From Dictyostelium discoideum (taxonomy: Eukaryota), in contig CM000152.2 of assembly GCA_000004695.1 (NCBI GenBank), forward strand, positions 1,088,001 to 1,152,000: a stretch of 64,000 bases of DNA. Direction: 5' to 3'. Numbering within the stretch: the stretch's first letter is position 1; the number at the start of each line of letters is the position of its first letter. Below the pieces are notes generated by a model. The model was not told the DNA's origin. It was given only the letters and a program-made list of their open reading frames with translations, and did no database searches. A program made the position numbers and the translations under genes. Shown in pieces: positions 22,547 to 32,345 of the stretch.

Positions 22547-23388
22547 AATATTAAAGATTATTTTAATTAAAATTTTTTTTTCATTACTTTATAATTCACT
22601 GGTCCAACAATCTAAAAAAACTGTAACACTTTTAGATTTATTTTTTTTTAAAAATTTAATAAGGAGCTTGTGTACTTAAATTTTTTTTTTTTTTTTTTTT
22701 TTTTTTCACATTAATAAAAACTATAAGAGAAGAGGATTTAATTGGTATTTTCAAAAATAATAATGAATGAGAATTTACATAATTTATTATTACCAAAAAA
22801 TTTAAAAAAGTGTTGGAATTCTTTTGGAAATTAATACGTTATTTTTTTTGTTTGACAGTTGTCATAATGATTTTAAATTCTAATCTAATTAAGATATTTT
22901 TTTTTTTTTTTTTTTTTTTTTCAATAAATATTAATTCTTATATAATTTAATTATATTGAATTTTTTTCCTTGTCTTTTATTGGTCCATACTTTAGATATT
23001 TTTAAAACTAAATATTCGAACCATTAAAATTTAAATTTTTATAAAGGGGGGAATGGAAATTTATTGTTTTATAGATTTCCAATATTAAATTTTTAAATGT
23101 GTGGTAATATAAACTATATCCAATGTATATTTATTATATTTATTAATAAAAATAAAAACTACTTCTATTACCATTTTAAGGAACAATAAAATTATTTTTT
23201 TTTTATAAAAAATTTAAATATTTTAATTTTTAGTAATTTTCTTTTTTTTTTTTTTTTTTACAATTCATAAATATATAAATTTACATTTTATTTATTTTTT
23301 CAATTGTATTCCCAATTACCAATAATTATTTAAAACGAAATTTTTTTTTTTTTTTGTACATGTTTTTTAAGTGAATAGGAAATTAAAA

Positions 23389-24144
23389 ATGAAAATTTAT
23401 TCAATTAAATACTACCCATGTGAAAATGAATCAACTTCCCCTTTGTTAGTTTTATTTGGTTTTATTGGTTCAACAGAGAAAATTCTTGATAAGTATAAAA
23501 GTATTTGGAAAGGGTTTAATATTTTGGTATTTACTCCTCCATGTGATATGACAGTAATTTTAATGAGAATTTGTTCAAAAAAAGTTATAAGAAAAATCCA
23601 TAATTTCTTTCAAATTCACCCCAATGCTCCAAAATCATTATATATTCAAGGACTAAGTGTTGGTGCATGTTTTGTTCCTGGTCATTTAAAACAATATGAA
23701 AATGAAAAATATGCTTACCTATTATCTTATATCGATGGAATAGTTTTAGATTCTGGTTTATCAGTGGATACAAGAGATGCAATAACAGGTTTCAAGTGTG
23801 CCATGAGAACTCAAATCGGTTTACTCGGAGTTTTGATTCAACATTTTGTACCTCTATTCAAACCATTTATTGAAGAATATTGTAGAAATGATGTACCATG
23901 TATTTATAAAAATGGTTATAATTTTTTAATAATCTACAGTGATTGTGATACTTACTTTCCTGGAGCAAGTAAAAAATTAATTGAAAGGATACATGATACT
24001 GATTTAAGGATTGGAGCTCAACCAAATAAAAGAATATTACATGAAGTAAAGTTTGATTCAAATCATATCGAACACTTGAAAACTCATAAACAAGAATATA
24101 CACAAGCATTAACACTATTCATTTCAAAAACTCAATCAAATTAA
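23389..24144 (+). CDS. DUF829/TMEM53-like protein, paralogue 2 (tandem duplicate, same strand), about 251 aa from ATG 23389.
   Basis: It begins MKIYSIKYYPCENESTSPLLVLFGFIGSTEKILDKYKSIWKGFNILVFTPPCDM. GLSVGA and the C-terminal NHIEHLK..EY are conserved with paralogue 1. The track start at 23371 is a GTG; the first ATG is 23389. Confidence 0.6.
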   Translation: MKIYSIKYYPCENESTSPLLVLFGFIGSTEKILDKYKSIWKGFNILVFTPPCDMTVILMRICSKKVIRKIHNFFQIHPNAPKSLYIQGLSVGACFVPGHLKQYENEKYAYLLSYIDGIVLDSGLSVDTRDAITGFKCAMRTQIGLLGVLIQHFVPLFKPFIEEYCRNDVPCIYKNGYNFLIIYSDCDTYFPGASKKLIERIHDTDLRIGAQPNKRILHEVKFDSNHIEHLKTHKQEYTQALTLFISKTQSN

Positions 24145-24296
24145 AAAGCAAACTTTAAATATAGAAAAAGAAATTTCTAAAAATATTTATATATAAAATC
24201 CCAACAATCACCCATTTTTTAATTGATTAAATCAATTTTTAATTAAAAAATTTCTTCAAAATAAAAAAAAAAAAAACAATAAAATATTTGTGTTTA

Positions 24297-24730
24297 TTTT
24301 TTTTTTTTTTTTTTTTTTTTTGAAAGGTTAAGACTAAAAATTTAGTTGATAATTATACTGGTTAAATAGGTATTTTTTTTATAAGATTTTCATAAAGTCT
24401 AAGCAATTTTAAAGATCCTAACGGCTTCAATAAAAAATAATTAAGAAAATCAAAGTACAAGGTTAATTTTATTACTTCCAAAAAGAGTCCATCTACAAAT
24501 TTACTTAATTAATAATTTGGTTTTTAAATATATTATAGAGTGGATAATCTATTTTTTTTGACTTTTCAGAATTTCTAACCGATTTGTGTGGGGATTGCAT
24601 GTATTTGGAGGATATCCATCTCCAATTGTGTGGGTTTTTAAACGAGCCATGTTAATTAGTTACTAATGAGCTCTGCAAGTTGGATTTTGCTTATACAAAT
24701 AAAATTCCTTCTAGTATTGATAATCCAGTA
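24297..24730 (-). mobile_element. Possible 5'-truncated non-LTR retrotransposon 3' end (TRE3-like placement downstream of a tRNA gene), ending in an A(25) tail that appears as T25 on the plus strand.
   Basis: This is about 410 bp of non-A/T-monotonous sequence beginning about 40 nt downstream of tRNA-Lys and ending in the 25-nt homopolymer 24297..24321. tRNA-downstream targeting by TRE3 elements is established; identity of this fragment is an inference, and homopolymer runs are common in this genome. Confidence 0.25.
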
Positions 24731-24742
24731 GGAGTCGAACAC
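24731..24742 (-). promoter_or_regulatory. ex-B box (extra B-box, GTGTTCGACTCC) about 31 nt downstream of the tRNA-Lys 3' end.
   Basis: On the minus strand it reads AGTGTTCGACTCC, matching the B-box consensus GGTTCGANTCC. Extra B boxes about 20-40 nt downstream of tRNA genes are a known feature of Dictyostelium. Confidence 0.55.
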
Positions 24743-24772
24743 TTGATCTATTTAATATTTTTGAAAAATTTT

Positions 24773-24845
24773 CGCCCAAAGGGGGGCTCGAACCCCCGAC
24801 CACAAGGTTAAAAGCCTTGCGCTCTACCGACTGAGCTATCTGGGC
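24773..24845 (-). tRNA. tRNA-Lys(UUU): tRNA-Lys (anticodon UUU), 73 nt, no intron; CCA is not encoded.
   Basis: Minus strand: GCCCAGA TA GCTC AGTCGGT AGAGC G CAAGG CTTTTAA CCTTG TGGTC GGGGG TTCGAGC CCCCC TTTGGGC G. The 7-bp acceptor stem includes one G-U pair. The A box is TAGCTCAGTCGG and the B box is GGTTCGAGCC. The anticodon loop is CTTTTAA, giving anticodon TTT. Confidence 0.9.
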
Positions 24846-25092
24846 ATTTTATATTTTTCATAAAATTATTAGTAAAAAAAATTAGTTATAATATTTTCTT
24901 GGGGAATTTTATTTTTTAAAAGAAACATAAAAATAATTTATAATTTTAAATAATTTAATTAAATTTCCTAAATTAAATAAATATTAATAACCAAAAATAA
25001 TAAAGTAGCTATAGTTTTTAATTGTATTTATTATTTTTATTTTTTTTTAATTTTTTTTTTTTAATTTTCATTTTTCATAAAAACGAATAACA

Positions 25093-25429
25093 ATGATGAT
25101 GAAAAATAAAATTCTATTAACCACAACATTTTGTAATAATATTAATTTTTCAAATAAATACTATTATTCTTCATTTAAAGGTAAAAAGAAAAATGATTAT
25201 CCAAATAAAAATAATAATAAAACCAAAGAGAGAGTAGAATTAGAAAATCAATTTAAAGAACATAATGAAATAATAACTGAACAAAAAGAAAATCTACAAA
25301 AAGATTTTGAAATTTATAATGTCCTAAATAAAGAAAAAGATTTATTTAAATCAATGTCAAGATTAAAAAATAAACCAACAAATTCACCTTCTACTACTAC
25401 TACTGCAACAACAACTTCAAATATTAATC

Positions 25430-25467
<38 letters not shown>

Positions 25468-26781
25468 AATAATTCAATGAAAAAAAAAACTCAATTAATG
25501 AGAGATTTTATTCAAGAATCATTATATAATAAAGATTATGGATATTTTCAAACTAAAGAAGTTATTATACCATCAGATATTGAAATACCAAAATTAAATT
25601 CACTTGGAAATTTTAAAGAATATACAAACTATTTACATTATATTTATAAAAGTTTAGAACATGCATGGCTTACACCTGTTGAAATTTTTAAACCTTATTA
25701 TTCTTGGAGTATTTCAAATTATATAATTGAGAAATTTAAACAAATTCAAATTAAAAATTCTGATTCAAAATTGAAAATCTATGAAATTGGTGCAGGATCT
25801 GGTACAAATGCATTGAATATTTTAAATCATATTCGTGATAATCATAAAGAAATCTATGAGAATATGGAGTATAAAATCATTGAAATTTCAAAACCATTAG
25901 CTCAAAAACAGTTGACAAGAATTAAACAATCTCATCCTAAACTAAATATAAATATCACCAATGCAAACATTTTAGAATGGAATCAAGCTGAAGAAAAAGA
26001 TGAATGTTTTATAATCCTAACTGAAGTAATAGATAATTTACCACATGATAAAATTACTATCACTTCCAATGGGATCTTTGAATCGATAGTAGATAGCACA
26101 GTTTTTGAAACTGTTAAAGGAAAAGACAACATAATTCAAAAGAAACAAATCTCTGGCTTCCATTGCGAAGACTCCAGACCGCTAACCGACCCTATCATAA
26201 AGGAGTATTTAGAATACGAGAAATCCATGGATTCCAACTCCCTTTCCTCATTCATAAATAATATAATCAATTTCTACAAGGTCAATATTAAATCATTTTT
26301 CAAAGGTGACGAAACTAAATACCTTCCAACAGTGTGTTTTAAACTGTTTCAAATTTTCGCCTACTATTTCCCCAAGCATCATATTATTTTAGCGGATTTC
26401 GATGAACTACCATCATTGGTATCCGGTGAGAATGCACCAACGGTTCAAGAGAAAATACCAATTACAACTGGTAAAATCGATAATCCATATCATATTCTTG
26501 GTACAAATAAACATGGTTATGAATCGATTGAAAGAGATGAAATTTTAGTTCAACCTGGAACTTGTGATATCTTTTTCCCACATGATTGGAAAAATCTTCA
26601 TAATATGTATTGTTATACAAATAAAGATCGTCCAAATTTTCAATCATCTCAAGTTACATCTTTAAAACATAAAAGTTTTATTAAAAAATATGCTTCTGAA
26701 TATTTAGATAAAACTAAAACAAAATCAGGTTATAATCCAATGATAAGTGATTATTCAAATATGTCATTTTTATTATCTTAA
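25093..26781 (+). CDS. SAM-dependent methyltransferase of the NDUFAF7/MidA (DUF185) family, putative protein-arginine methyltransferase, 562 aa.
   Basis: Motif I reads LKIYEIGAGSGTNALNIL (compare ELGPGRGTLxxDIL in NDUFAF7). The acidic post-I strand is YKIIEISKPLAQKQ (compare LVEVSxxLxxxQ). ECFIILTEVIDNLPHD matches the ANEFFDALP family hallmark. ILADFDELP matches ALVADYGH. The N-terminal 150 aa is N/K/S-rich with a possible mitochondrial presequence. Confidence 0.55.
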
Positions 26782-26917
26782 AAAAAAAATTAAAAAATAA
26801 ATTTAAAAATAAAAAAATAAATAAAAAAAAAAAGATTTTATATAAATAAATATACATTTTATTTTATTTTATTTCTATTTATTTATTTAATTTGATTTTT
26901 TATTTTATTTATTATTA

Positions 26918-26964
<47 letters not shown>

Positions 26965-26991
26965 TACTATTTCTACTACTTATTATTTATT

Positions 26992-27132
26992 TTAAGATTG
27001 AGGTGGTGTAAATTGATGATTTTGGGGTGATTGTACATTTTGATTACCGCATTGTAATGATGGGTGTTGTTGTTGTAAAGGTGATGAATTGCTATTATTG
27101 TAATTACCATTTATTTGTTTTTTATTGTTACC

Positions 27133-27163
<31 letters not shown>

Positions 27164-27164
27164 C

Positions 27165-27197
<33 letters not shown>

Positions 27198-27459
27198 ATT
27201 TAAATTTATTATACATGTCATAATTTTCCTCTGGTGATAAAGCATCATGGAAAATCATTAATCCATTATTTATGTTTGTTTGTTGTTGTAATTCCAATTC
27301 ACATGGATCACTATCTTCCAATGAATCATCAGATATTGGGTCATCCTGACTTTGAGCATATTTTATATAGTTGCCCGTTCTTGGTGAATCTATATCATCA
27401 CTATTTAAAAGTGGTGAATCTGATGACCCAATATTATTATTATTACTACTTCCGTTGCT

Positions 27460-27516
<57 letters not shown>

Positions 27517-27712
27517 ATTATTATTATTATTTTGGCTATTATTTTGATTACCATTTGTATTGTTACAATTATTTCCTTGTGGCTCCTCATATATATGTCT
27601 TTTTTTTCTTGAATCATTTAAGAAATTACTATTTGTATTATTATTACTATTATTATTATTGCTGCTGCTGTTGTTGCTTGCCCTTTGGAAAGTATTTCCA
27701 TTTCCATTATTA

Positions 27713-27801
<89 letters not shown>

Positions 27802-28090
27802 TCCATTTGATGGTTGTGGTCCATGTAAAGGTTGTTGAGCTTGTTGGATTTGTTGATTTGGTTGTTGATGTAATTGGATGTGTTGAGGTTGGGGTTGGAG
27901 CTGTTGATGGTGATGTGGTTGATGATGTTGGCTTTGTGGGCTTTGTTGCGGTTGCGTTGGTTGTGGTAGTTGTTGATTTTGTTGATTGTGTTGGTATTGC
28001 TGTTGTGGGTGTTGTGAGTGTTGTGGGTTTTGAGAGTGTTGCGGGTTTTGAGAGTGTTGCGGGTTTTGAGGGTGTTGTGGGTTTTGAGGG

Positions 28091-28130
<40 letters not shown>

Positions 28131-28434
28131 GGTGATATTGTTGTTGTTGTTGGTGCTGATGTTGTTGTTGGTATTGTTGTTGTTGGTGTTGATGTTGATG
28201 TTGGTGCTGTTGGAATTGGTTATGTTGGTTTTGTTGAGGATGTTGTGTGTGTTGTTGTGGTGATACATTATAACCATTGTTTGGATGATAAGATGAAGGA
28301 TTTGGCGTTGAACCTTTGTTTAATTTTAAATGAGGTGGTGATGTACCATTGCTATATATATGTTGAGGTTGTTGGTTTGGTGAATGTGGCGATCCAATTT
28401 GTGACGGTTGTTGGCTTTGTTGATGTAAGTGCAT
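26992..28434 (-). CDS. Q/N/H-rich low-complexity protein, 480 aa from ATG 28434. The same frame stays open a further 110 codons upstream (to 28764), encoding poly-Ser and RD/RE dipeptide repeats without any ATG.
   Basis: The track ORF is MHLHQQSQQPSQ.. The upstream in-frame translation is IINHSFSSP-S(14)-RQHLIYQQDLNERSRLSSLDQERDRERDRERERERERDNREREIRDRDNRERDNRERDNRDRDREEHIYKQ(9)YPHHQH-M. An in-frame ATGGACAGTGAT.. (MDSDNIPQQLPITNNFPFFF*) at 28827 is separated by a TAA at 28765. There is no usable GT..AG pair between them, so the true 5' end is unresolved. Confidence 0.5.
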
Positions 28435-28451
28435 ATGTTGGTGATGCGGAT

Positions 28452-28487
<36 letters not shown>

Positions 28488-29620
28488 AAATATGTTCTTC
28501 TCTATCCCTATCCCTATTATCTCTTTCTCTGTTATCTCTTTCTCTGTTATCTCTATCTCTAATTTCTCTTTCTCTGTTATCTCTTTCCCTTTCTCTCTCT
28601 CTTTCTCTATCTCTTTCTCTATCTCTTTCTTGATCTAAACTTGAGAGCCTTGATCTTTCATTTAAATCTTGTTGATATATTAAATGTTGTCTTGATGAAG
28701 AAGAAGAAGAAGAAGAAGAAGAAGAAGAAGAAGAAGAAGGAGAGGAAAAAGAATGATTTATTATTTAAAAAAAAAATGGAAAATTGTTTGTAATTGGAAG
28801 TTGTTGGGGAATATTATCACTGTCCATCTTTTATTTTTTTTTTATTTTTATTTTTATTTTTGTTTTTTTTTTTTTTTTTTTTTTGAAATTCAAAAAATCT
28901 TGAACTTTTGTATTGAAAAAAAAAAATTTCCTTTTTTGAAAAAAATAAAAAATTATTTTTATCTCCCTGTTTTTTTTTTTTTTTTTGTTTTTTTTTTGTT
29001 TTTTTTTTTTTTTTTTTTTTTTTAATTCATAAAGGAATTTTTTTTTTTTTTGTTTTTTTGTTATTTATTTTATCAATAATTTATTGTTTTTCAATTAAAA
29101 ATAATAATAATAATTATAATAGTAATAATAATAATAATATATAGTGAAAATAATGGGGATAATAAAAATAAAAAATTGTGTGGTTTTAAAACTCTCTTTA
29201 TTTGTTTTTTTTTTTATTTTTTTTTTTTTTTTAAAAAAAATAAAAAAAAAATAAAATAAAAAATAAAATTAAAAATAAAAAAATAAAAAATAAAAAAAAA
29301 AAAAAAAAACTTAGATTTACCACACCCCACAGTGTTTCTATTTGTTTAATAATGACCTAAAAAAAAAAAAAAAAAAAAAAAATTTTATTTTTTTAATTTT
29401 TTTTATTTTTTTTTAATTTGATTGAAATTAATTAACCCCCATCAAAAAAAAGAAAAAAAAAATTAAAATAAAAAACTTTCGCAAATATTTGAAATCTCAA
29501 AAAAATTTAGTTTCGGTTTTTTTATTTTGATTTTAAAAAAAAAAAAAAAAACGAATTACATAAAACATAAAAAAAAAAATAAAGGTTACAAATAATCCGA
29601 TATACAAATAATTTTACCAA

Positions 29621-29653
<33 letters not shown>

Positions 29654-29748
29654 TTTTAAAAATAGAAATTTAGATTAAAATTCGAATCTAAAAAAAAAAA
29701 AAATCAAAAAAATCAAAATCCAAAAATAAAAAAAAACAAAAAATAAAA

Positions 29749-30645
29749 ATGAAACCAGATATAATAAAGAAAAGAAGACCACTACCATCTGATGATGAAG
29801 ATGAATATAATGAAGAAGATGAAATGTATGAAGATGATAATAATAATTATGAAGAAGATGAAGACGATGATGATGATGATGATGAAGATGATGAAGATGA
29901 TGATGAAAATGAAGAAGAATTAATTAAACAACAATTATCAAATGTATCATTTTCATCATTATTAAAATATAAAAAGAATGGACCAACAGATAAATTAAAT
30001 TTAAATACAATTACAAAAAATCTACAACAACAGAAATCATTTAAAAAAGAAGAACAACAAGAAAAAGAGGAGATGAATTCAAAGAATAAATATAAAATAA
30101 AGAGAGAGAGTAGTGATGCACCAGTGGAGATGACAGCAATGAAACCAGTATCAAGATTTAGACAAGTTGTTGTTAATAAAACCAAAATGAATGTACGTGA
30201 TCCTAGATTTGATTCGTTATCAGGTGGTAAATATAATGAAGATTTGTATAGAAAAAGATACGGTTTCCTTGACGATGTAATCAAGAGAGATGTTGAAAGA
30301 ATGGAATCAACATGGAAGCAAATGGATGATTGTCGTGAAAGAGATCAACTATATAAAAAGATTCAATCTAAAAAGTCACAATTAAAAACTCAACAATTAA
30401 AAGACCAAAAGAGAGAAACAAAGAATAAACTTTGGTCAAATGAAATTGAATCTGTCAAAAAAGGTAAAACACCATATCACATTTCAAATAAAACTGTCAA
30501 ACAATTTGAACTTCAAGAGAAATTCAAACAACTTAAAGCCTCCAATAAATTGGATAAATTCATGGAAACTAAAAGAAAGAGAATTTCAAGTAAAGAAAAA
30601 ACTTTCTTACCACAAAGAAGATCTTTTGATCAAGATGAAAATTAA
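29749..30645 (+). CDS. rRNA biogenesis protein RRP36 (DUF947), 298 aa.
   Basis: An acidic N-terminus is followed by ..VRDPRFDSLSGGKYNEDLYRKRYGFLDDVIKRDVERMESTWKQ..KGKTPYHISNKTVKQFELQEKFKQLKASNKLDKFMETKRKRISSKEKTFLP, which matches the RRP36 C-terminal domain (DPRF..G.F....F.K.Y.FL...........LK..GKxPY..K.......L..K...LK...K......KRKK...KE). Confidence 0.75.
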   Translation: MKPDIIKKRRPLPSDDEDEYNEEDEMYEDDNNNYEEDEDDDDDDDEDDEDDDENEEELIKQQLSNVSFSSLLKYKKNGPTDKLNLNTITKNLQQQKSFKKEEQQEKEEMNSKNKYKIKRESSDAPVEMTAMKPVSRFRQVVVNKTKMNVRDPRFDSLSGGKYNEDLYRKRYGFLDDVIKRDVERMESTWKQMDDCRERDQLYKKIQSKKSQLKTQQLKDQKRETKNKLWSNEIESVKKGKTPYHISNKTVKQFELQEKFKQLKASNKLDKFMETKRKRISSKEKTFLPQRRSFDQDEN

Positions 30646-30665
30646 TTTATTTGTAAATAATAATA

Positions 30666-30706
<41 letters not shown>

Positions 30707-30933
30707 GCACCCTTTATTTTTCACATGTAAAAAAAAAGAAAATGTCAAAGTTATGGGGGTAAATAGTTATTTTATGATTAATTTTTTATTTTTATTATTT
30801 TTTTTTAAACTTTATTTTAATTAAAAAAAAAAGTGTTATTAATTATATTTCTTTTTCTTTTTTTTTTTACTGTACAATTATTATTTTTATGTTTTTTTTT
30901 TTTTTTTTTGAATAAATAAAAATATGTATATAA

Positions 30934-31274
30934 TTATAATTTCGATTTTTCTAATTCACCAATATAGTATTGCTTTAATAATGACTCTGCATCAAGGCTG
31001 TGACCAATATCATCAAAAAGATAGGTCATATCTTTTCCTGCTCCTTCCTATAAATATATATAAAATTAATATTTTATTTATTTTTATTTTTATTTTATTT
31101 TTTTAGACTTACTAAAATAATATCACCACCAGGATGTTTTTTCCAAAAATCAGTTAAGTCGTAAACTTTATTACGAAATATTGCCCAAAAATCATCTTTT
31201 TTATTATGTTTTTTTATTTGTTCAATTGTAAAGTGTTTTGTGGTATCTTCTGATTTAAGTGTTATACTAATCAT
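30934..31274 (-). CDS. Cytochrome b5 (small, soluble type), 2 exons (31113..31274, 30934..31047), 91 aa. Not in the ORF track.
   Basis: Exon 1 reads MISITLKSEDTTKHFTIEQIKKHNKKDDFWAIFRNKVYDLTDFWKKHPGGDIIL. After TTA|gtaagtc..tatag|GAA, exon 2 reads EGAGKDMTYLFDDIGHSLDAESLLKQYYIGELEKSKL*. The HPGG..GxDAT..F.D.GHS heme-binding signature is complete. The intron is 65 nt. Confidence 0.75.
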
Positions 31275-32345
31275 TCCTTTTTAAATTTCTTATTTCTTTT
31301 ATATATTCACTTTATTTTTTTATTTATTTATTATTTATTTTTTATTTTTTTTTGATCGAAATTTTTTTATGTTTTTTGTTTTGTGTTTGTATGATGTGTT
31401 TTTATTTTTTATTTTTTTATTTTTTTATTTTTTATTTTTTATTTTTTATTTTATTTTTTTTTTTTTCTTTAAAAAGGTTTGAAAGTATGATTTTTTTTTA
31501 GAATTCTAATTAGTATTTTTTTATTTTTTTATTTTTTTATTTTTTATTTTTTTATTTTTTTTATTTTTTTTGAAAACGTATAAATAAAAATTAATTAATC
31601 GAAAGGTTGTGTTTTTTTAAAAAGACGTCTGTTTGTGAAATTTCAAAAAAAAAAAAAAAAAAAAATATGAAAAAAAAAAAAATATTAAAAAAAAAAATAT
31701 TAAATTTTAAAAATTAATTATAAAATAAAAATAAAATAAAAATAAAATAAAAATAAAATAAAAATAAAAAAATATTAATAATGAAAATTTTTTAATTTAA
31801 AATATATGCAATCCAAAGGTATTTATAATATTTTTTTTTTTTTTTAATTTAATGTTACTTTTGACCCCAAAAAAAAAAAAAAAATAAAAAAAAAAAAAAC
31901 AAAAAAAAAAAAAATAAAAATAAACTTTTTGGTCCCATTTTTTTTTTTTAATCTAGATCAAAACTTTTTTAATTAGTGGTAGAATTACCAAAGAAACAGA
32001 TTTTCAGGATAAAAACAAAAAAAATAAATATGGCGGTTGGCCATATTTAAATTTTAAAATTATCATAAACTCATCCCGTTCCGATATATCCTTTTTACAG
32101 ATTTTTTTTATAAAAATTATATCTCATTAAAATAATATAAAAAAATAAAATTAAAATTAAAATAAAAATGACACAATAAAATTATAAACAGGATACAAAA
32201 AATTGTCTTCCACTTTAATTTTTTTTTTTTTTTTTGAATAAATAGCTGGTTTTTTTTTATTTTCTTTTTCTTTTTTTTTTTTTCTTTTTTTTTTTTTTCT
32301 TTTTTTCCTTTCTTTCCTTTCTTTTTTTTTTTTTTTTTTTTTTTT

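Noticed and set aside
24340-24440. Minus-strand mini-ORF MARLKTHTIGDGYPPNTCNPHTNRLEILKS
   Set aside because: It is 32 codons with no family resemblance, and lies inside the putative retroelement fragment.
27234-28562. 442-aa plus-strand ORF (poly-Y/C/V) and minus ORFs 27405..27617 and 27618..28277
   Set aside because: They are antisense or alternative frames of the Q/N/H-rich gene, and arise purely from (CAA)n/(AAT)n tracts.
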